Shown one piece after another: positions 58,064 to 64,000 of a stretch of DNA of 64,000 nt. The stretch spans positions 1 through 64,000 of IMG/VR virus record IMGVR_UViG_3300016725_000002; one strand, 5' to 3'. The position numbers were made by a program, and so were the translations under genes. Under the pieces are notes generated by a model. It was not told where the DNA came from, made no database searches, and saw only the letters and a list, made by a program, of their open reading frames with translations. Every line of letters starts with the position of its first letter. Position 1 is the first letter of the stretch. This stretch comes from a virus. Lineage: Duplodnaviria > Caudoviricetes.

Positions 58064-59209
58064 CTAGAATGACCTGTTATGTGCGTCACGATTCAGCAAT
58101 AAATGGGTATAAAACATATCATTTACAATTGTTCTACTTATTTTAGTAACAAAATATTTACCACTATAGTTAGCATCTAATTCATTACCATTAACACCTG
58201 GGCATTGTAAATTAACTAAATCCCATATCTTAATGGGGAAGAATGTACTAATAACGCTAACTTGGCACGTTTCCATGCCAAGCAAGGCACAACCATAATC
58301 ATAGTTGGCCTTACCCATATATGATTTAGGGTCATTAGACATTGAGCATTTAACAGGTTGAAGAGTTTTACGCTCAATATTTTTAGCCTTAGCTGCATCA
58401 TTATTAGTAAAATAAAACTTTACATCTGGTCTATGTAAAGTACGAATCCCACTGTCTTGTGAAACAATAGGTGTATCCATTCCATAACCAGCAATACTAT
58501 TCATCATACCTGTATTTGATACAAAATGTGGAATAGTCATTATTTGTAATTCTTTACTATTTTGAGGTTTATTCATTGAAAGTGTATATATTGCTTCTTG
58601 TTGTGATTGCTTACATGGATCAACTATGCGGTATTTACCGCTACTAGTTATACCCACGTTTACATAACTTTGAGGTAGAAAACAGTGACTAACTACATAA
58701 TCAAGAAACTTTTTATCAGTAGTATTACTTTGTATCCAAGGTTGTACTTCTTTACTAGTAGTCATTAAATTTGTATCCACTGTAAAGTATTTAGATGCTA
58801 CTTTTTGTAGCACTTCAGTGCCAGCACAAGGAGCAACACTCGTTAAAAATGGTGTTTGAGTAAATGCAGGAGCATAATATACACCAGTTGCGGAATAAAG
58901 TTTTAAACTATTTCCTAAATCTGTTACAGTTGGGTGTATTATTTGAAGTTTACTTTCTATCTTTTCAGGACTATTACGAGAGGTACTTAACACTATTGGT
59001 ATATGTTTATTCTCATTCCATTCATTTTGTAAGTCTTTACCTGCAATAAAGCTAATACGCCATGTAGGTAATAAGTTACCTGTTTCTTCAATTAAGATAA
59101 ACTCGTTAAACTTTGTAATGGTACTACAGTTCTTATTTTCAGTTAATGTCAGTTGTAATACATATTGATGGTCTACACCAAAGTATTGCTGTTGGCTTCT
59201 TTCGCCCAT
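58064..59209 (-). CDS. baseplate hub (T4 gp27/late control D-like)
   Basis: WIQSN.TD..FL and [12 protein letters not shown]....Y.....L.RD; size and position fit. Confidence 0.65.
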   Translation of the reverse strand: MGERSQQQYFGVDHQYVLQLTLTENKNCSTITKFNEFILIEETGNLLPTWRISFIAGKDLQNEWNENKHIPIVLSTSRNSPEKIESKLQIIHPTVTDLGNSLKLYSATGVYYAPAFTQTPFLTSVAPCAGTEVLQKVASKYFTVDTNLMTTSKEVQPWIQSNTTDKKFLDYVVSHCFLPQSYVNVGITSSGKYRIVDPCKQSQQEAIYTLSMNKPQNSKELQIMTIPHFVSNTGMMNSIAGYGMDTPIVSQDSGIRTLHRPDVKFYFTNNDAAKAKNIERKTLQPVKCSMSNDPKSYMGKANYDYGCALLGMETCQVSVISTFFPIKIWDLVNLQCPGVNGNELDANYSGKYFVTKISRTIVNDMFYTHLLLNRDAHNRSF

Positions 59210-59213
59210 AATA

Positions 59214-59990
59214 TTACCTTAATGTAAACCACTTTTGGTATTCATCATATGAGAGTAATTTGTTACTTTGAAGTTGTATAGATCCCTGTGCAAAGAGTGG
59301 TACACCTAATGGATCGCATTCTTTAGATACCTCAAATGAACTATTTTGAAGTAATAAGTTAGTAGCAGTACACCATTTACCTATACGCAATATACAAGTT
59401 CCTTTTAATGCACCTTGAGAGATACCAAAAGGATTAGTAACATGTTCTTCAACTTGCTGAAGTGGTTCATACCCCATAGGTGAATTAAGAATACCTAAAG
59501 CATCTGAAGCCCCATTAGTTAATCCACTTAATACAGAACCGAAAGCTCCTTTTTCACCATCAGAAGCCTTCATAGGTAAACATCTAGCATTTAATGCAAT
59601 TACAGGTGTTAATGGGTTACAATTAGGATCTCCAGTTCTTGTATTTACGAATAATAAGTTTAAGTTGAAAGTAGGCTTTTCAGAACCTGTCCAATAACTT
59701 AAAGTTGTAATTGCAGGTCTGCGAGATATACCTTTAGCATTCATTATCATATCTGCAAGTTTACCAACTTTAGCACCTTTATCTCCAAGTAAACTTCCAC
59801 CCAATTCACCTAAGTTAACTGGCCCATCATACAAATCAGACCAAGAAGCAGCCGTTCCTAATCCTACATTTTCATCAATTAAAAAAGCTTTAATAATATT
59901 AGGGCCGTAGTTACCATCGCCCGCAAACATTAATACTACTTGAGTATTAGGGGCATTAATAATTCTATCAATTTCATAATTAGCATCCAT
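59214..59990 (-). CDS. putative baseplate tail-tube cap/initiator (gp48/gp54-like)
   Basis: Follows the tube gene; W.GS.KP.F.L.L.F...L.IG.W...G.PL tube-fold-like pattern. Confidence 0.5.
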   Translation of the reverse strand: MDANYEIDRIINAPNTQVVLMFAGDGNYGPNIIKAFLIDENVGLGTAASWSDLYDGPVNLGELGGSLLGDKGAKVGKLADMIMNAKGISRRPAITTLSYWTGSEKPTFNLNLLFVNTRTGDPNCNPLTPVIALNARCLPMKASDGEKGAFGSVLSGLTNGASDALGILNSPMGYEPLQQVEEHVTNPFGISQGALKGTCILRIGKWCTATNLLLQNSSFEVSKECDPLGVPLFAQGSIQLQSNKLLSYDEYQKWFTLR

Positions 59991-60009
59991 AATCTTGTCC
60001 TCCTATACT

Positions 60010-60044
60010 AAAAATAGGCTCGTAACCGAAATTACGAGCCTATT
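60010..60044 (-). terminator. terminator after the tail tube gene
   Basis: AATAGGCTCGTAA/TTACGAGCCTATT stem with a T-run. Confidence 0.8.
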
Positions 60045-60047
60045 ACG

Positions 60048-60584
60048 TTACACTTTTTCTTTGTTGAAATAGTCGTATGCAATGGAAAGAGCGGGTTTTA
60101 ACGGGTCAGCCGTAGCTGCATCTGCATCACCCTTTGTTGCTCCACCCAACTGACAGCCATATAACGTAAACTTATAATAAGGTTTATCTTGGTTATCAAG
60201 TAAATATAATATCATTGTACATTCAATATTTTTCTTATAATCAGTAGTACCCGGTGAACCATTCTTAGATGCCCAACCTGCTTCCTGCCAATCACCGAGG
60301 AATTGCAAGCAATAACCATCTGTTGTTTCATTAAGTGTTAATGTAATAGGAGAGTTATATGTACCAATACCTTGCTGGCGTACTTTATTACCACGAATTT
60401 GAATTTCCGTAGTTTCAATTTCCAATTCAGGTATTGACATTGATTCAGCACGAAAGTTGATATTATCAGTATCATAACTTCCAGTTAATGCAGAAGGAAA
60501 GGAAGAAAAAGCAACTGCCCATCTGAATGTTTGGGAAAAGTTGCCTAAAGAACGTAAATTTTCAACTGTTGGTCTATACGCCAT
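60048..60584 (-). CDS. tail tube protein (T4 gp19-like)
   Basis: RW.V.F...P...S.P......I..RG..V...G......TLT..E...W...LD.......L.GC...YDYF; start ATG 60584 with AAGGAG; downstream of the sheath. Confidence 0.85.
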   Translation of the reverse strand: MAYRPTVENLRSLGNFSQTFRWAVAFSSFPSALTGSYDTDNINFRAESMSIPELEIETTEIQIRGNKVRQQGIGTYNSPITLTLNETTDGYCLQFLGDWQEAGWASKNGSPGTTDYKKNIECTMILYLLDNQDKPYYKFTLYGCQLGGATKGDADAATADPLKPALSIAYDYFNKEKV

Positions 60585-60594
60585 ATTTTTCTCC

Positions 60595-60942
60595 TTAAAC
60601 AACCATGGGTATTTTTGTTAATTTAACTTTATACTTAGAGGCTAACTTACGAATGACAGGATAGATTTCTTCAGGAAAAGAAGTATTTCTATCAACTGTA
60701 ATTTTAATATCCTTAACGTGTTCACCATTATCATATTCTGAAACGGTATACACAGTATTAAGTTTATCTTCATTATAATGAACTTTAGTAATAGCTAACT
60801 TGCAACTTGATAACTGGGGAGAAAATTCCCCTAAAATAACAGAACCTCTAGTAGCTAAATATATGCATTCAGCAGGAAGAGATACTTTTATGTATGCTCC
60901 TGCTGTCACTTCTTGTTTTGTAGTGACTTCAACTAGCTTCAT
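60595..60942 (-). CDS. hypothetical protein with VEVT/EVTA leader
   Basis: AAGGAG RBS; MKLVEVTTKQEVTAG. Confidence 0.7.
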   Translation of the reverse strand: MKLVEVTTKQEVTAGAYIKVSLPAECIYLATRGSVILGEFSPQLSSCKLAITKVHYNEDKLNTVYTVSEYDNGEHVKDIKITVDRNTSFPEEIYPVIRKLASKYKVKLTKIPMVV

Positions 60943-60966
60943 AAGCTTCTCCTTAATAAAAGTAAA

Positions 60967-61066
60967 TGGGTTAGGGTAGATAGTTAGGGCTATCTACCCA
61001 AAGGGAGCTACCCTCTGTCCCCAAATTTGGTTAAACTGTAATGCTGAAGGATGCGCCTGTTTTTGT
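60967..61066 (-). repeat. copy 1 of a ~100-bp direct repeat: orphan sheath 3' end (TKTGASFSITV*) + 58-nt structured element
   Basis: Aligns with 62804..62903; identical core TTGGGGACAGAGGGTAGCTCCCTTTGGG...CCCTAACCCA. Confidence 0.9.
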
Positions 61067-62770
61067 TTAAACTACACATTGTTTTATTACCTCACAATTA
61101 TTTATTTCTTTAATTAGCTTCTTTTCAACTTTAGCAGTAATATGCTTCGGTTTACCTACAGAAGCATTATAATTTTGAGTTACTTTTTCTAAGTTATATC
61201 TGCAATTATTCCAAGTAATACTATCTTTATGATTAACAACATGTCTATCTTTCATTGTCATATTTAAGATATATCTATGAAATCGAATTGCATCTTTATT
61301 GGAAATAACGTAGTTTCCGTCACGCAATTGCCATTTAAATGCAAAGGCTTGTTTTAAATCCTTATAATCAAATATAAAGAATCCTTTAGTGCAATACATT
61401 TTCACTACTTTGTTACCTCTAAATGAGATAACATCATAGGATTGCTTTTTGCTATATTTCATATTTTGTATGGCATCAATTAACGATTCTGATAACTTCC
61501 AAGAATCTTTATGTTTTATAAACTCTTGTTTAGTAATTTTATACTTTTTACACACTTCTTTCATATTATTTAATGGATAAAATAATGGAAATTTATCCAT
61601 TATTGCGGTTACGGCTTTATTATATAAATAAGCTGATTTAACTCTAAGTAATGGATCATCTCTTCCAGAGCAAATCTTAATATACTTCAAATTAGACCAT
61701 TTAACATTAAATCCACAAGTAATATATTGTTTAGTACCACGTTTATTGCTTATAAATAACCCATAAATTCCTAACTTTGTTTCCTGTAAGAAGAAACAGT
61801 TTGCTGAAATATCAGCGTAGCTAGTAATTTTGATGGGTTTACACTTTAGTTGTTTTGCATAATATTCTACATCTAACTTTTCATTAATATCATCTCCATA
61901 TTTATCAATAAGGTAGTTTTTAATACATATTGCGGCCATTAAAGTTTTTGGACGTAATTCAATTAGCTGCCCATTAGAAGTTTGAAATCTTAATCTGTAT
62001 CCTCTGGTTTTACCAATACTAAGATCAGTAATGCCAGCAATACCTGTGTTAGATCGTGATTTAATATTCTTTGAATTGTGACTTATAGTTACACTTCGTA
62101 AATTATTACGAGTATTATCTAGTTTATTTTGATTACGGTGGTCAACAACATAACCTGATTTTACAGGTAAAACTAACTGATGAAGGAACCCAAGTTTTGG
62201 GTTATATGCATATCCTCTAGTAGCTAAACTCCAACGATACCCTTTTACAATATTTAAATCCTCAATAGAAACATAAGTGCATCCAACTTGCTCGCTTTGG
62301 CGGTTAAGAAGCTGCACTTTAACTTTATCTCCTAATATTTTTAGCCTACTAGGCTTCAATTTATTTGGAGTACAGTCATCCAAATCTAAGGAATCTAAGT
62401 TAGATAAAAATTTAGGTTGTTTTATATGGTGTGGTTTGAAATTTTGAGGATTAACACCAATAGGTAGCAACATTAAATTTTTACGTCTAAAATCAAGTTT
62501 ATTATTATTACGAAATGCTACATAATATCCATTAACATATTTTACAAGTGTTTGTTGTAATAATGTTCTATCTGTATATTTATTAGAGTTAGATATAAAT
62601 ACCCTTAAATCTGTTTTATTTAATCTCCAACGATATTTCTTTATTTTATCATAATCTTGTTTATCAAGTAATATCTCATTAAATTTATTGTTATATTTAT
62701 CTACTATATGTAAATGTACACCCATTCCATCTATGTGATATGGGTTTGGCTGAAAGCAATGTGTTTTCAT
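61067..62770 (-). mobile_element. free-standing HNH homing endonuclease gene with three HNH-type modules
   Basis: VAFRNNNKLDFRRKNL (degenerate), VVDHRNQNKLDNTRNNLR, VVNHKDSITWNNCRYNL; SNTGIAG and AYLYNKA are AP2-like. Confidence 0.85.
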
Positions 62771-62803
62771 GTTACTTCCAATTAGAGTTGGAGTTTTTGG
62801 TTT

Positions 62804-62903
62804 TGGGTTAGGGAAAGCATCTCTAACTACTTTCCCAAAGGGAGCTACCCTCTGTCCCCAAGTTTTATTAAACAGTAATACTGAATGAGGATCCGGTTTT
62901 TGT
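62804..62903 (-). repeat. copy 2 of the direct repeat: functional sheath 3' end (TKTGSSFSITV*) + 58-nt structured element
   Basis: See copy 1. Confidence 0.9.
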
Positions 62904-64000
62904 TATCACGATTTTGCCAAAAATATATTCCACGGACTTTGTAGGCTGTATAAATACCCAAACATTCATAATATAGTTATCAATGTCTTCAGCAGAGTTG
63001 TTGGTATCATCACACACAATCTTGTATGTGTAAACACCACGGCGACTCTGAATATTCTTCATATAACTATCAAGACCAACTGTAACCAAGTCACGGGTTA
63101 TCTGGTCATTAAGTTCAAATAAGAAATCATCCAAAAATTCTTTAATTGCAGGTTCAATAACTATTAATAGCATACGAACATTCACTCTATCAAGAGCGGT
63201 TGCCTTACGATATAATGTCTTATTACCCCAAATTCTTATGCCCTTGGTAAGACTGAAAGAGATAGGGTTAATTGAGTTATTATATAATTCATCCTCTTCA
63301 CCTTCTTCCCAAACTTTGGAAAGACCAAGGACGTTTAATACACCGCGGGTGTTACCAGCAACAGGATACCAAGCTTCCTGATATTCTGCGGTATGGCTCA
63401 TATTTGCAGCCACATGACCCACAGGGGCAACATAGATCTCACGATTATTGAATTTATCATAAATTTTAAGGTGAGGAGAATACATTGCTGCATAGCTTGT
63501 ATTCGCCATTAACACCTCATTTCTATAATCAATTACGTCCTGCATAGCATTGCTTGAAAGTTCATCAGAAAGACGTGAAGAGAGCAGCCCAATACTGAAC
63601 TGACGAGATTCACACAAACTGATAATAGCCTGCTGGTATGCAGCAACAGTATAACCACCATCTATAATGACGTTACAAGTATAACGGCGCACGTTAGCTA
63701 GTTTCTGAATAGCTAAAATCATTGCACCTGTAGTAACAGCAGAGCCATTGCTACCATTAGCTAACTTCAAAAGAGTAGTTTGATTAGCTGGATAAATATT
63801 CTCATTAACATTTGTATTATTGATTACTCCAATGTAATTACTACGTTTAACTACATCGTCACAATAGATGCTAACTTGTGAATCGTCAACTGCATCCTGA
63901 TGACGTGACATTAACCAATTTTCAACATTATCAAATGTTCCATCTTCAAGCTTTTTAAATACAGAAACTTTAAAGCTATTAGCAACACCTAAAGTACGAG
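62868..64000 (-). CDS. tail sheath protein (T4 gp18-like), 5' part outside the window
   Basis: WYPVAGNTRG, LY...INPI....G..IWGNKT......LDRVNVR.L...IE, FLFELND..TR, CD.TN....ID, IQPTKS.EYI; the frame stays open upstream of 63911 to the edge. Confidence 0.95.
   Translation of the reverse strand, partial: RTLGVANSFKVSVFKKLEDGTFDNVENWLMSRHQDAVDDSQVSIYCDDVVKRSNYIGVINNTNVNENIYPANQTTLLKLANGSNGSAVTTGAMILAIQKLANVRRYTCNVIIDGGYTVAAYQQAIISLCESRQFSIGLLSSRLSDELSSNAMQDVIDYRNEVLMANTSYAAMYSPHLKIYDKFNNREIYVAPVGHVAANMSHTAEYQEAWYPVAGNTRGVLNVLGLSKVWEEGEEDELYNNSINPISFSLTKGIRIWGNKTLYRKATALDRVNVRMLLIVIEPAIKEFLDDFLFELNDQITRDLVTVGLDSYMKNIQSRRGVYTYKIVCDDTNNSAEDIDNYIMNVWVFIQPTKSVEYIFGKIVITKTGSSFSITV

Noticed and set aside
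3599-59049. Numerous short plus-strand ORFs in the track
   Set aside because: They lie antisense to (almost always wholly within) long, motif-bearing minus-strand genes and show no recognisable RBS or motifs.
61032-61038. CAGTTTA promoter motif copy upstream of repeat copy 1 (and another at 55002 inside a terminator stem)
   Set aside because: Explained by the relic sheath codons ACA GTT TAA and by the hairpin arm respectively; not counted as promoter evidence.
60967-62903. Group I intron or intein carrying the HNH gene
   Set aside because: The sheath ORF ends normally with its own stop before the HNH gene, and the flanks are too short for a ribozyme core; a duplicated gene end explains the pattern.
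1-64000. CRISPR array, tRNA or rRNA genes
   Set aside because: No regularly spaced repeat-spacer units or full cloverleafs seen; the 58-nt repeated element has only two copies and lacks tRNA D/T-loop consensus.
1-64000. Stop-codon reassignment as seen in some large phages
   Set aside because: Genes tile densely under the standard code, and TAA, TAG and TGA all end genes at sensible boundaries.

Overview
AT-rich (roughly 30% GC by eye) segment of a large contractile-tailed (T4-like/jumbo myovirus) phage genome. Essentially all real genes are on the minus strand, use the standard genetic code and have AGGAG-type RBSs. Read in transcription order (right to left), the window holds: tail sheath, a multi-HNH homing endonuclease flanked by a recoded duplicate of the sheath 3' end plus a structured RNA element, tail tube, baseplate genes, a Desulfovibrio-type methyl-accepting chemotaxis protein, and a tail fibre/chaperone pair. 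Next come a putative ~125-nt sRNA and a ~22-kb operon with 16 radical SAM enzymes (4 cobalamin-type), an amidinotransferase, a DegT/StrS aminotransferase, a GT-like protein and a stand-alone S74-like chaperone. Further left are two more radical SAMs, more baseplate and fibre genes, a lysis-associated cassette (TM-PAS-GAF protein, two small proteins sharing an amyloid-like motif, i- and o-spanin) and histone H1-like basic proteins. At least seven PcfJ-domain + LRR-like paralogs are scattered through the window. The host is probably an anaerobic Desulfovibrio-like bacterium (inference). Top candidates for undescribed biology: (1) the radical SAM cluster embedded in tail genes; (2) a hairpin-loop sRNA whose loop is exactly antisense to the RBS of a lysis-cassette gene 45 kb away, where that gene also shares an amyloid-like motif with its upstream neighbour; (3) the PcfJ-LRR repertoire with a shared N-terminal leader. 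All family assignments come from motif recognition by eye; no database searches were run.
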